Assembly (NCBI GenBank): GCA_965262355.1
Contig: OZ253534.1
Span: 3,343,468-3,407,467 of the forward strand
Source of the DNA: Candidatus Multivorans sp.
GTDB taxonomy: Bacteria > Acidobacteriota > Thermoanaerobaculia > Multivoradales > Multivoraceae
Reading direction: 5' to 3'
Length of the DNA stretch: 64,000 nt
This document shows positions 10,083 to 19,923 of the stretch, one piece after another (position 1 is the stretch's first letter; each line of letters begins with the position of its first letter). The notes under the pieces are model-generated. The model was given only the letters and a program-made list of their open reading frames with translations, was not told the origin of the DNA and ran no database searches. The position numbers and the translations under genes were made by a program.

Positions 10083-12023
10083 ATGTCGCAGCCCAACCGT
10101 GCATGGTCCGCTCTTTTGGCGTTCGCCGTAACCGCCCTTTCCTGCGCTGCCCCCTCGGCCGAGGACGCGCCCTTCGTTCGAGGCTCAGGAAACGCGGCCG
10201 CCCCGCCCGCATCCGCCGCCGACCGCCTCGCCCTGTTCGGCGACCTGCACATCCACACGATGTACTCGCACGACGCCTTCATGGGCACCGTGCGGACGAC
10301 GCCTGACGACGCCTACCGGTACGCCAAGGGGGAGGCGATTCCGCACCCTTCGGGCGAGTCGCTCCGGCTTTCGGGTGCGCCGCTCGACTTCCTCGCGGTG
10401 ACCGACCATGCGGAGTACCTGGGCGCACTGGCGGCGCTGATCGATCCGTCGAGCGCGACCTACGGACATCCCCTGACCGAGGATCTCTTCGGCGGCCTTG
10501 GCCGCGGCAACCGAGCGCGGCTGGGAGCGCTGGCCCGGGTGCGGGAACTGGCGCGCGCGGGCGACCCGATCAACGGCCCGGAGGTGCGGGGAAACGCCTG
10601 GCAGCGGATCATCGCGGCCGCCGAATGGCACAACGACCCGGGCCGGTTCACTGCCCTGATCGGCTACGAGTACACGATGGGGGTGAGTAGCCGTCACTTG
10701 CACCGGAACGTGATCTTCCGCGGCAGTGAGGTGCCGGAGCTGCCCTTCAGTTCCCTCGACGGCGATCCCGAAGACCTCTGGACCTGGCTCGACGGGCTGC
10801 GCGAGGAGGGGATCGAGGCCCTGGCGATGCCGCACAACATGAACCAGAGCGATGGTCTGGCCTTTCCCGACCGGGAGACATGGAAGGGAGCGGAGATCGA
10901 CGCCGCGTTCGCGGCAAAACGGATACGGAACGAACCGGTGGCCGAGATCAGCCAGCAAAAGGGCACCTCGGAGGTCCATCCGTCGCTGTCGCCGAACGAC
11001 GAGTGGGCCGACTTCCAGATCGTCCAGTACTACCTCGACAGGGTGAACAACACGGATCCGATTTCCATCTTCAAGGGCGGCTACTACCGGGACGCGCTGC
11101 TCACGGGCCTTGAGATGGGCGAGCGCCTGGGAGTGAACCCCTACGCCCTCGGTGCAATCGGATCGAGCGACACCCACGTCAGCGCCGGCGCCTTCGAGGA
11201 GAAGAATCGCTTCTCGGGGGGGGCGAACACGCCCCAGGCGCGCGGCGCCGCCTACGGCGCGGAGGACGGCGGCTGGGACAACTTCTGGACCCCGCGCCAG
11301 GCGACCCACGGCACCGGCGGTCTGGCCGCTGTGTGGGCCGACGAGAACACTCGCGCTTCGATCTACGACGCGCTGCGGCGCCGCGAGTCGTTCGCCACGT
11401 CGGGGCCTCGCATTCGGGTCCGTTTCTTCGGCGGCTTCGGGCTCGACGAAGCGCTCGCGGGTGAACCGGATCCCGTCGCCGCGGCGTATGAGCACGGCGT
11501 GCCGATGGGCGGCGACCTCTCGGGCGGCAACCCCGGCGAGTCCCCTGGCAACCCCGGCGAGTCCCCTGGGAACGCGGGCGTCTCGCCCGCATCCGGCGCC
11601 GGCGGGCCGAGTTTCCTGGTCTGGGCGTTGCGCGACCCGGAGAACGCCTGGCTGCAGCGGGCCCAGGTCATCAAGGGCTGGTTGGAGGACGGCGAAACGA
11701 AGGAACAGGTCTACGACGTCGTTTGCTCCGACGGTCTGGAGCCCGACCCCGAAACCCACCGCTGCGGCGACAACGGCGCCCAGGTCAACCTGGACGACTG
11801 CTCGATCAGCCGCGACAAGGGCGCCGTCGAACTCCGGACCACCTGGATCGACCCGGACTTCGACCCCGGCGCGCGCTCCTTCTACTACGTCCGCGTACTC
11901 GAGAACCCCACCTGCCGCTGGTCGACGTGGGACGCGCTGGGACTCGGCATCGATCCGAACCCCGACCTGCCGGCGACCCACCAGGAACGGGCGTGGAGTT
12001 CGCCCATCTGGTACACGCCATGA
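10083..12023 (+). CDS. DUF3604 family (PHP-like metallohydrolase) putative lipoprotein
   Basis: Lipobox ALSC; FGDLHIHT, AVTDHAE, LHRNVIF, PHN, SDTH, VRVLENPTCRWS, QERAWSSPIW. Confidence 0.88.
   Translation: MSQPNRAWSALLAFAVTALSCAAPSAEDAPFVRGSGNAAAPPASAADRLALFGDLHIHTMYSHDAFMGTVRTTPDDAYRYAKGEAIPHPSGESLRLSGAPLDFLAVTDHAEYLGALAALIDPSSATYGHPLTEDLFGGLGRGNRARLGALARVRELARAGDPINGPEVRGNAWQRIIAAAEWHNDPGRFTALIGYEYTMGVSSRHLHRNVIFRGSEVPELPFSSLDGDPEDLWTWLDGLREEGIEALAMPHNMNQSDGLAFPDRETWKGAEIDAAFAAKRIRNEPVAEISQQKGTSEVHPSLSPNDEWADFQIVQYYLDRVNNTDPISIFKGGYYRDALLTGLEMGERLGVNPYALGAIGSSDTHVSAGAFEEKNRFSGGANTPQARGAAYGAEDGGWDNFWTPRQATHGTGGLAAVWADENTRASIYDALRRRESFATSGPRIRVRFFGGFGLDEALAGEPDPVAAAYEHGVPMGGDLSGGNPGESPGNPGESPGNAGVSPASGAGGPSFLVWALRDPENAWLQRAQVIKGWLEDGETKEQVYDVVCSDGLEPDPETHRCGDNGAQVNLDDCSISRDKGAVELRTTWIDPDFDPGARSFYYVRVLENPTCRWSTWDALGLGIDPNPDLPATHQERAWSSPIWYTP
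10185..10221 (+). repeat. Degenerate REP-like copy in the DUF3604 N-terminal linker
   Basis: TCAGGAAACGCGGCCGCCCCGCCCGCATCCGCCGCCG matches the copy at 11565 at 30/37 positions by manual alignment. Confidence 0.6.
11526..11603 (+). repeat. 21-bp tandem duplication followed by an intragenic REP-like copy
   Basis: GGCAACCCCGGCGAGTCCCCT twice (11526-11567); CCTGGGAACGCGGGCGTCTCGCCCGCATCCGGCGCCGGC at 11565-11603. Confidence 0.9.
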
Positions 12024-12982
12024 GGGCGCTTGCTGCGCTTTCGGAGGTGCTGAAGCCGAATCGGCGGCGAAGTTGGCAGTTGCGGGTCCGTTTCACCAGC
12101 GTGACGCTGGCGTCCGTTGCCATCATGCTGGGCTCGGGCAACGCCACGATCGCCCAGGACCGGGAGGAGCTCTCCGCGCTCGCTGCAGAGGCGCGCTCGG
12201 AAGCGGGCGTGGTGCGGATCGCCGACATCCCGTACACGGACATCGAAGGGGTCGATCCGGAGCGCGTGTTGCTCGACGTCTACGTCCGCGAGGGTCTGGT
12301 CGATGCGCCGGTCATCCTCTACGTCCACGGCGGCGGCTGGAGGCGCGGCAGCAAGGCGCAGGCGCTGTTCAAGCCGGCGGTGCTGGCCCCGGCGGGGTAT
12401 CTGTTCGTGTCGATGAACTACCGCTTCCGGCCTCAGGCGTCGCTCGAGGAGATGGCGTTCGATGTCGCGACAGCGGCGGTGTGGCTACGGGAGCACGCGG
12501 CGAACTACGGCGGCGATCCGGAGCGGCTCTTCCTGATGGGGCATTCAGCCGGCGCCCACCTCGTCTCCCTCGTGGGCACGAACGGGGCTCTGCTGGAACG
12601 CGCGGGCGGATCGCTCGGCGACCTGCGCGGCGTCATCTCGCTCGACACGGCGATGTACAACGTGCCGCTGCAGATGGAAACCGCGGGCGGGGCCCAGCGC
12701 CAGGCATTCGGCGAGGACCCGGCGGTGTGGCGCAGGGCGTCGCCCTGGCACTACGTCGAAGCGGGCAAGGGGATTCCGCCGTTCCTCGTGTTCATCTCCG
12801 ACGGCCGCGCGCAGGGCCCGGTGCAACCGATTCCGTTCACGAACCGGCTGCGCGAGGCCGGCGTCGAGGCGTCGGCGCACGAGATCGCCGGCCGGGGGCA
12901 CGGGCCGCTCGACTTCATGATCGGCACCGAGGGCGACGAGACGACGGGGCTGATCCTGGAGTTCCTGGGGCGTCACCGGTAG
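12020..12982 (+). CDS. Alpha/beta hydrolase (HSL-type carboxylesterase)
   Basis: HGGGW oxyanion motif, GHSAG nucleophile elbow, ATGA overlap with the DUF3604 stop. Confidence 0.88.
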   Translation: MRALAALSEVLKPNRRRSWQLRVRFTSVTLASVAIMLGSGNATIAQDREELSALAAEARSEAGVVRIADIPYTDIEGVDPERVLLDVYVREGLVDAPVILYVHGGGWRRGSKAQALFKPAVLAPAGYLFVSMNYRFRPQASLEEMAFDVATAAVWLREHAANYGGDPERLFLMGHSAGAHLVSLVGTNGALLERAGGSLGDLRGVISLDTAMYNVPLQMETAGGAQRQAFGEDPAVWRRASPWHYVEAGKGIPPFLVFISDGRAQGPVQPIPFTNRLREAGVEASAHEIAGRGHGPLDFMIGTEGDETTGLILEFLGRHR

Positions 12983-14465
12983 GCGAGAAGCCCGGGCGGG
13001 ACGACGGATTCCGCCTTCGGCGGATGCCGGCCGGAAGGCCGGTGCAACGACTAAACAGGTACGGTGACCCCGATCTGAGTCGCCACCGGCGTGTAGATAT
13101 CCACACTCGTTTCGGGCGTCTTGATGGTGACGATCAAGGAATAGCGTACGGGCCGCCGGTCCAGGTGAAGTCGCTCTTTCCACCATCCGCTCACCGGAAA
13201 GATCGCCAGGAAGCCGCGCTCTGCCAAGTCGGCGGCTGTGCCCGTCCACCAGTCCGAGTGGATGGAACCTCGGTTCCTATGTGTGGGGCCGACGGCCCAC
13301 CCAGGGTCATCGGGAGTCTTGCCAGGTCGTTCTTCGCTTTGCGCGTCCCTTGAGACGCGAGCACGAAAATCGTTGAGTTTCTCGGTTGGCGCCTTGATCT
13401 TGAATCTCAAGCCGTGCGACGGATAGCGATGTCGATACTTCCAGCCACGCCGCGCCGGGTTCGGCTCGATGAAGTAGGAGAGCGTGAGTCGCAACTCCAC
13501 CTCCTCTGATCCCAGGCTCGATAGCTCTTCTCGCGGCCAGGGAAGCGCATGGAGGTCCATGTCCTTCGTGACGACTCGGCCGTCTCGTTTCTCGAAGGGC
13601 ACCAGCGAGCCCTGAGCGATTAGCGTCAACGAGTTCGCTGCGCTCCAGCTTGCTCGCTCCAGGCTCGGCACTCCGTAGCCGTAGCACCGTAGAAGAAGCC
13701 TCTTCTGGTGGCCGGGCGTGTTGCGGGCCGTCGCCCTCTTCATTTCCGGAGTCCACTCGGCCGAATGGACCAGAAGGCCTCGTATGGTCTCAGGCCAAAG
13801 GTCTGGGTAGCGAGCCATCAGCATCGCGGCCATGCGCGCCGCTTGAGCGGTCGCCGCGCTCGTGTCGCCCATGGTCGTCAACGGTCTTTCTGTGGGGCGC
13901 CAATGGGTTGTCAGTAGCAGAAGAGAGTCGTCGGTGTCGGTCTCAGTTGTTCCCGGCTCGCGAATGGCATTGCCACCCTCAAGAACAAGGTCCGGCTTGT
14001 TGGGCCAGTTATCGTCCCAGTTCACGGACGTGGTACTGCTGGGGCTGAGACCTCCGGGTCGGGCCAGGGGCGTCCAGTCAGGGAAAGTGGCGTCGCTGAA
14101 CTGGACCTTCTCGGTCGTCGCACCTATAGTCAAGGCGTTCCACGCTTGGCCGGGGTCGTGGATCTGATCCACATCATTGCGGTCAGGGTAGAGGTGCCAG
14201 TTCTCCCGTTCGACGTTTCCGGCGGCCAGCAGGACAAGCCGTGGCCGGTCGTCTTGAATGCCGTAGCAGGCGTCATCGATCGCAGCGGACCACGACGACG
14301 GCTTTCCGTGGTCACGGTAGTCAGGAGTCGATACTGCCAAGCAGTAAGCCCGATTGCGTCGTGGTTCCTGCACTTCTATTCGGGCCATCGCCTCTTGTGT
14401 GACGTTGCCGTAGAGTTCTGGATCGTTCGGAGCCGAGTTGGGTGGCGGCAGGACCTTCACAGACT

Positions 14466-15548
14466 CTAGTGTACTGTCTCCAACATGGCTTTACCACGTG
14501 TAACCTTTGCGATGATGCTGTCGGCGGTGGCCGTCCAGACGAACGGCCGGGAGTTTTCGTTGCTGTGCTCCACGTAGTCGTAGATGGTCTTTACGAGGTC
14601 GTTGACGCTCTGGAATGCACCGCGCCGGATCGCCTTCGTGGTCAGACCGCCCAGCCAGCGTTCGACCAAGTTGAGCCAGGGCGACGAAGTCGGAATGAAA
14701 TGGAAGTGGAAGCGAGGCTTTCGCTCCAGCCATGCGCGCACGGCGGCGTGTTTGTGGGTCTGGTAGTTGTCCAGGATCAGGTGCAGGTCGAGATGCTTCG
14801 GGATCTCACGGTCGAGACGCTTGAGGAAACGGAGAAACTCCTGGTGGCGCTGCCGGCCCATGCACTCCGCGATCACCGTGCCCTCCAACACGTTCAGCGC
14901 AGCGAACAACGTCGTCGTCCCGTTGCGCTTGTAGTCGTGGGTCATCGTTCCCGCGCGGCCGCGCTTGAGCGGCAAGCCCGGCTGGGTCCGGTCCAGAGCC
15001 TGGATCTGGCTCTTCTCGTCCACGCACAACACAAGCGCGTTCTCGGGCGGATTCCGGTACAGGCCCACAACGTCCCGCAGCTTTTCCACGAACCTGGGGT
15101 CGTTGCTCAGCTTGAACGTCTTGACCAGATGGGGCTTCAGCCCGTGCGCCACCCAGATGCGCTGGACCGCCGCCGGACTGATGCCCTGGGCCCGAGCCAT
15201 CGAACGCACGCTCCAGTGGGTCTGACCGGGCGGCTTCTCGTGCAGCGTCGCTTCGATCATTTTACGCACGACCGACTCCGAGAGCGGCGGCTTTCCGCAA
15301 CCGCGGGGACGATCCCTGGTCAGCCCCGAAGGTCCGTCCTCCGCGAACCGACGACGCCACAGCAGCACCGTGGGCCGCGAAACGCCGAGTTTCGCCGCAA
15401 TCGCCCGATTGGCCGTGCCCTCCGCCGCAGCGAGCACGATCCGGCTACGCCGGACGGTGCGTTGCGTCGTCGTCGGCGCCTCTACCCATTTCTTGAGAAG
15501 CGCTCGATCGCTCTCTTCGATGTGAAGTCGTTCCGCTGGTTCCCACAT
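14466..15548 (-). CDS. IS630 family transposase
   Basis: HTH N-terminus; CVDEKSQIQALDR, HDYKRNGTTTLFAAL, ILDNYQTHK, WLNLVERW DDE motifs. The stop codon uses the duplicated target TA. Confidence 0.96.
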   Translation of the reverse strand: MWEPAERLHIEESDRALLKKWVEAPTTTQRTVRRSRIVLAAAEGTANRAIAAKLGVSRPTVLLWRRRFAEDGPSGLTRDRPRGCGKPPLSESVVRKMIEATLHEKPPGQTHWSVRSMARAQGISPAAVQRIWVAHGLKPHLVKTFKLSNDPRFVEKLRDVVGLYRNPPENALVLCVDEKSQIQALDRTQPGLPLKRGRAGTMTHDYKRNGTTTLFAALNVLEGTVIAECMGRQRHQEFLRFLKRLDREIPKHLDLHLILDNYQTHKHAAVRAWLERKPRFHFHFIPTSSPWLNLVERWLGGLTTKAIRRGAFQSVNDLVKTIYDYVEHSNENSRPFVWTATADSIIAKVTRGKAMLETVH

Positions 15549-15605
15549 GAACGGAATACTGACGAACTTGCCCGAGACTGTCAACCCATGTCGGAGACAC
15601 TACAC
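14469..15605 (-). mobile_element. IS630-family insertion sequence, 1137 bp, with TA target duplication
   Basis: Terminal inverted repeats GTGTACTGTCTCCAACATGG and GTGTAGTGTCTCCGACATGG; flanking TA at 14467-14468 and 15606-15607 within a CTAG target. Confidence 0.95.
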
Positions 15606-16657
15606 TAGGCCGTGCTCGATCGAAACGGGGCCTCTCTTCACGAACTGTGGCGTCAAGTCACCCCACAGACACAGCCCAGCCATTCCGGTCCCATGGTTGC
15701 GATCATCGTTGCTGCCCCACTCTGGGTCGCAGGTCAACATATTGTCGCTCGATAGGGCTTCGCGGAGCAGCGGATGGCCGTCGTTTACGCCCGTGTCCAG
15801 CAGGCAGACTGCGGGAGTGTCGCCTTCGGCCAAGTCGAGGCGCCCAAGCAGGTCTTCTATCCACTCGGCCTGCTCGTAGGGCCGGAGTTGCGTAAAGAAC
15901 TCAGGGTGCTCCTTCGCTAGCCTAAGCTCTGCGATGCAGTCCAGCAGCTCGACGGACTGGCTCATCTGTTCGACATTCGCTAGGGCGAGGACAACAGTTC
16001 GGTCTGAGAACTCGATTCGGCGGTCTTGCACTTCGATGCCAATCAGTTCGGCATGAGCGGAAAACGTCGAGGCGATCTCCTCTCGGTCTTGTCCGACTCG
16101 GAGCCAGACTTCCCACCAGGCTTGCTCTTGCGTGTCTGGAAGCGCTTCATCGTCCGTCCAGAACGACTCGATTGCGGCGCGGCGGATCTCACTTGTGCTT
16201 TCGATGAGCTTCTTGTTCTTGGGCTGGCCTCTGGAGGTGTTCTCGTCGCGATACCTGGTGATCAGGCGCTCCAGAATCTCGAGCTTGCCGTCCGGTACGA
16301 ACACCGTCGCGAGCATGGTCCGGCCTTGTTCACGAACGGCGAGTAGCTCGAGTGGCGGTCGAGTGTTCGTCCGGTCCAGACTGCGAAGCGCCAGTTCGAA
16401 GTCTGGGTCGCTCTCAAACTCAAGGTAGATACCTCTGTCCTCGGCGATGCCGACTGCACGTCGGCGTTCGCGTAGGTCGGCTCCTGATTCCCGCATACGA
16501 CCGAGAGCGTCTAGTAGTCGTTCAGCGTGCTCAGGACGAACACGAGAAGGCAGCGCGGGGTCCGGCACCCGGCTGTCGCGAGGGTATGTGTACGGCTCGG
16601 TCGTAGCTGACCTCCGCACGAGGATGTGCGGAAGCCCTTGGCGGGGCTCTTCGGGCA

Positions 16658-17647
16658 TCAGTCGTGCTGGACGAGCTTCCGGGCACCCCTTCGGCGATCC
16701 TCAAGAGCTTCTGTCAGGCTCACTGTGGTGACACGAAGGGTGTCGGCGAGTACGGCTTCCTTTGCCGCCGCTTCGCAGGCCTGCACGACATCGGCATAGC
16801 TGAGGCCGCTAGCTATATCAGCCGCGACATCCCAGTTCACACCACCGGCGTCAAAGGGGGCAAGTCGGTCTCGGAGCACTTGACGGGCTAGGTCTCGTGG
16901 TGGGGTCGTGTACTCGACGATGTCGTCGAAGCGTCTAGAGAGCGCCCGGTCGAGTGCCTCTGGGTGATTCGTCGCCGCCACGACTAAGCTTTGCGATTCG
17001 TCTTGTTCGAGAAACAGCAGGAACGAGTTCAATACTCGCCGTATCTCGCCGACATCGTTCTGCGCCGACCTCGTGACTCCTATCGCATCGAACTCGTCGA
17101 ACAGATAGACGCCGCGGTGTTCCGCCAAAGCGTCGAAGACGAGCCGCAGTTTGGCCGCCGTCTCCCCCATGAATTTGGTAATCAACCCGTGGAGAAGGAT
17201 GGTGTAGAGGGGTAGCTTCAACTCGCCAGCGAGCGCTGATGCGGTCATGGTCTTACCCGATCCAGATGGGCCGATGAGAAGCACCTTTCTACGAGGCCTG
17301 AGGCCATGTCGCAGCAACTTCTGGCGGCCCCGGTTCTCGCTGAGGATTCGCTGGAGGCGCAAGCGGATATCGCGGGAGAGGACCATGTCGCCGAGGCGGG
17401 TCGCTGGGTACGACGCCGAGAGGAGGCCTACAAGATCGCCGCGTGGTCGTGCCAGTGGAACGGGCGAAGCTGCGCTTCGCCGGTCCTTCTTCGCGTCGTC
17501 CACCAGGGCGCGAATGTCGTCCGCCATTCGACCGTGGCCGTGGCGGGCCGCGTGTGCGGCCACCTGCATCGCGACTACGAGAAAGCGGTCGTCATCGTCG
17601 CCCAGGTGGCTCTTGATGAGTGCCTTGATCTGCTGGGCAGTGGCCAT
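16658..17647 (-). CDS. ietA: AAA+ ATPase, IetA-type
   Basis: Walker A GPSGSGKT, Walker B LFDEFD, AATNH, RRFD. TGATG overlap with the S8 peptidase start. Confidence 0.9.
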   Translation of the reverse strand: MATAQQIKALIKSHLGDDDDRFLVVAMQVAAHAARHGHGRMADDIRALVDDAKKDRRSAASPVPLARPRGDLVGLLSASYPATRLGDMVLSRDIRLRLQRILSENRGRQKLLRHGLRPRRKVLLIGPSGSGKTMTASALAGELKLPLYTILLHGLITKFMGETAAKLRLVFDALAEHRGVYLFDEFDAIGVTRSAQNDVGEIRRVLNSFLLFLEQDESQSLVVAATNHPEALDRALSRRFDDIVEYTTPPRDLARQVLRDRLAPFDAGGVNWDVAADIASGLSYADVVQACEAAAKEAVLADTLRVTTVSLTEALEDRRRGARKLVQHD

Positions 17648-17842
17648 GTCGACCTCTGAGCGTCGCTTCTAGGCTCGGGAGACGGTTCCTCAGTTTCGGC
17701 GGGCCCGATCATAGCTCGTCCTGGATTCCGGGAGCCTCGCCGCCGCGCGGCTCAGGCTTGATGCGGGCCAGAAGACCGGCGCACGCAGAGATCCGGCGTG
17801 GTGGGGCTGGCGTTGCTCTTTACCGCAGCCGCGATGGCGGCG

Positions 17843-19174
17843 CTAGTCGCCGGAGGCGGTCTCTTCCTCCGTCGCCTTCTTCTCAACCGGCTCGAGCTTG
17901 AGCACCGCGGCGTCGTTCTCCTCGGTGAGGACGTAGAGCAGGCCGTCGGGGCCCTGCCGGACGTCGCGGATGCGCTTGCGGATGTCGGTGAGCAGCCACT
18001 CGCGGCCGAGTTCCTCGCCCTTGGGGCTGAAGATGAGCCGCTCGACGTGCCCGGTGCTGGGCATGCGACCGGTCATGAGCGCCCCGGCGAACAGATTGCC
18101 CTTCCACTCGGGGAAGGCGTCGCCGGTGTAGAAGGCGAGCCCGGAGGGGGCGATGGACGGCAGCCAGAAGATCGCCGGCTCCTCCATGCCTTCGGCCCAG
18201 AAGCGCTCGGAGATGCGGACTCCGTTGTAGTGGCGGCCGTAGGAGACCACGGGCCAGCCGTAGTTCTTGCCCGCCTCGATCGCGTTCAGCTCGTCGCCGC
18301 CCTGCGGGGCGTGTTCCGTGGTCCAGGGGACGCCGGTCTCGGGGTGGAGCGCCAGCCCCATCTGGTTCCGGTGGCCCATGGAGTAGACCTCGGGCTTGTG
18401 CCCTTCCTTGCCCACGAACGGGTTGTCGTCGGGGACGCTGCCGTCGAGGCGCATGCGCAACAGCTTGCCGGCGTGGCTGTTCGGGTCCTGGCCCAGCTTC
18501 GCGTGGCCGAAGAAACTCTGCGTGCCATCGACGAGGTCGGCGCCGAAGGCGCCGCCCATGGTCATGAACATGATGTCCTCGCCGGGCACGAAGGCGAGCC
18601 GGGCGGCGGCGACCGAGCCGCCCCAGGGCTCGGCGACGAACACGTCCTCGACATCGACCAGGGACGTGCCGTCGAGCCGGCCGCGGACGAGGGCCACGGT
18701 ACCCTCGCGGCCGGAAGTCTGCCGAGTGTAGGTCAGGTAGACGTACCCGTTGTCGGCGAAGTGCGGGTGCACCGCGACCTCCATCATGCCGGCGAGACTG
18801 CGGGCCAGGACATCGTCGGGCACGCCGGCGATCGGCTCGTCAACGAGCACGCCGTCGCGGATCAGGCGCAGGGCGCCCTTGCGCTCGGTCACCAGCATGT
18901 CGCCCTTGGGCAGGAAGGCCAGGGACCAGGGATGGTCGAGGCCCCGGGCGACGACGGAGACGCGCACTTCGGGGATCGCGTGGGTGTTCATGATCCACGG
19001 CTCGTCCGGCAGTTCGACCTTGGGGATGCCGCTTGGCCGGCGGTTGCCGCCGCCGCCGCCGAACTGGGCGGCGGCCTGGCCGGCGATGCCGGCTGCGAGC
19101 AGCAGGATGACGGCTACCCGCGCCGGCGGGACCGTTCGGACGGTGGGACGTTGCGTTTCGGTCTCTCGGTTCAT
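17843..19174 (-). CDS. PQQ-dependent sugar (glucose/sorbosone) dehydrogenase, YliI-like
   Basis: Signal peptide; GLDHPWSLAFLP, GHRNQMG, EHAPQGGDELN, NYGWP, RIRDVRQGPDG. Confidence 0.92.
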   Translation of the reverse strand: MNRETETQRPTVRTVPPARVAVILLLAAGIAGQAAAQFGGGGGNRRPSGIPKVELPDEPWIMNTHAIPEVRVSVVARGLDHPWSLAFLPKGDMLVTERKGALRLIRDGVLVDEPIAGVPDDVLARSLAGMMEVAVHPHFADNGYVYLTYTRQTSGREGTVALVRGRLDGTSLVDVEDVFVAEPWGGSVAAARLAFVPGEDIMFMTMGGAFGADLVDGTQSFFGHAKLGQDPNSHAGKLLRMRLDGSVPDDNPFVGKEGHKPEVYSMGHRNQMGLALHPETGVPWTTEHAPQGGDELNAIEAGKNYGWPVVSYGRHYNGVRISERFWAEGMEEPAIFWLPSIAPSGLAFYTGDAFPEWKGNLFAGALMTGRMPSTGHVERLIFSPKGEELGREWLLTDIRKRIRDVRQGPDGLLYVLTEENDAAVLKLEPVEKKATEEETASGD

Positions 19175-19192
19175 CGTCGGTCTCCGTCCGAC

Positions 19193-19319
19193 CCTGGGAA
19201 CGCGGGCATCTTGCCCGCATCAGGGTCCTGTTTTGTTTGACGTCCCCTTCTCGCATACACCTGCGCAACCCTGGCCGGCGCTGCACGCCGGATGCGGGCG
19301 AGACGCCCGCGTTCCCAGG
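19193..19319. repeat. Inverted pair of REP-like palindromes (BIME-like)
   Basis: Forward copy CCTGGGAACGCGGGCATCTTGCCCGCAT at 19193-19220; reverse copy CGCCGGATGCGGGCGAGACGCCCGCGTTCCCAGG at 19286-19319. Confidence 0.9.
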
Positions 19320-19328
19320 ACCGGGCTC

Positions 19329-19736
19329 CTAGCCATCAGCCTCGGGCCACTCCGCGCCCTGCTCGATCCAGAGGCGGATCGTCTCGATCTGCTCGTCCGT
19401 CAGTTGCGTGCCGGCCTCGTACGGCGGCATCCGCATCTCCCCGAGTTCGGAGCTCACCCGGAGGTAGAGCTCGCTGTCGTCGGGGTCGCCGGGCGCGATG
19501 TTGGGGAAACCGCCGAGGTCGGCGAAAGCGCGTTCCTTGATGTCGAGCCGCAGGTCGGCTTCCCGCTGCGCGTCGTCCGCCCCGTGGCACTGGTAGCAGT
19601 AGCCCTCGAGGATCGGCTTGACCTGAGTCAGGTAGTCGACCTTCTCTTGAGTCTGCCCGTTCGCCGGCAAGGTCACGACGAGCCCACCGGCGGCCAGCAG
19701 AGCCAGCGGAACCGTGATCAGAAGGCGCCCTCTCAT
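19329..19736 (-). CDS. Small monoheme c-type cytochrome (Planctomycete cytochrome C-like domain)
   Basis: Signal peptide; VKPILEGYCYQCHG, LRLD, PGDPDDSEL, RMPP, WIEQGA. Confidence 0.85.
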   Translation of the reverse strand: MRGRLLITVPLALLAAGGLVVTLPANGQTQEKVDYLTQVKPILEGYCYQCHGADDAQREADLRLDIKERAFADLGGFPNIAPGDPDDSELYLRVSSELGEMRMPPYEAGTQLTDEQIETIRLWIEQGAEWPEADG

Positions 19737-19923
19737 CCCTTTCTCTCCCCCAAACCACGAGACCCGCGGCACCTCAGCGATTCGTGCTGCCGGCAGCGGG
19801 TCTCGGCTACAGTGTAGCCACTTTCTCGGCAGCGGATACTGCGTGTGGGAGCGGTGGACGGTGGCAGTGCGGATGCCGGTCGGCCGGGGAGGGTCGTTTG
19901 CGTTGGGGAAGGACGGGTAGGCA

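Larger units (their letters stand above)
13051..16658 (-). pseudogene. ietS: S8 (subtilisin-like) peptidase, IetS-type, interrupted by IS630
   Basis: N-terminal part has LLDTG and NHGTGMAG; C-terminal part has AAGN, KPDLVLEGGN, GDTSAA, LSYFIEPNP and GWWK. Removing the IS rejoins IEHGL-ESVKVLPP in frame. Confidence 0.88.

Noticed and set aside
15556-15584. Promoter inside the IS630 end (TTGACA)
   Set aside because: The -35 is perfect but the -10 (CAGTAT) is weak; not enough support to annotate.
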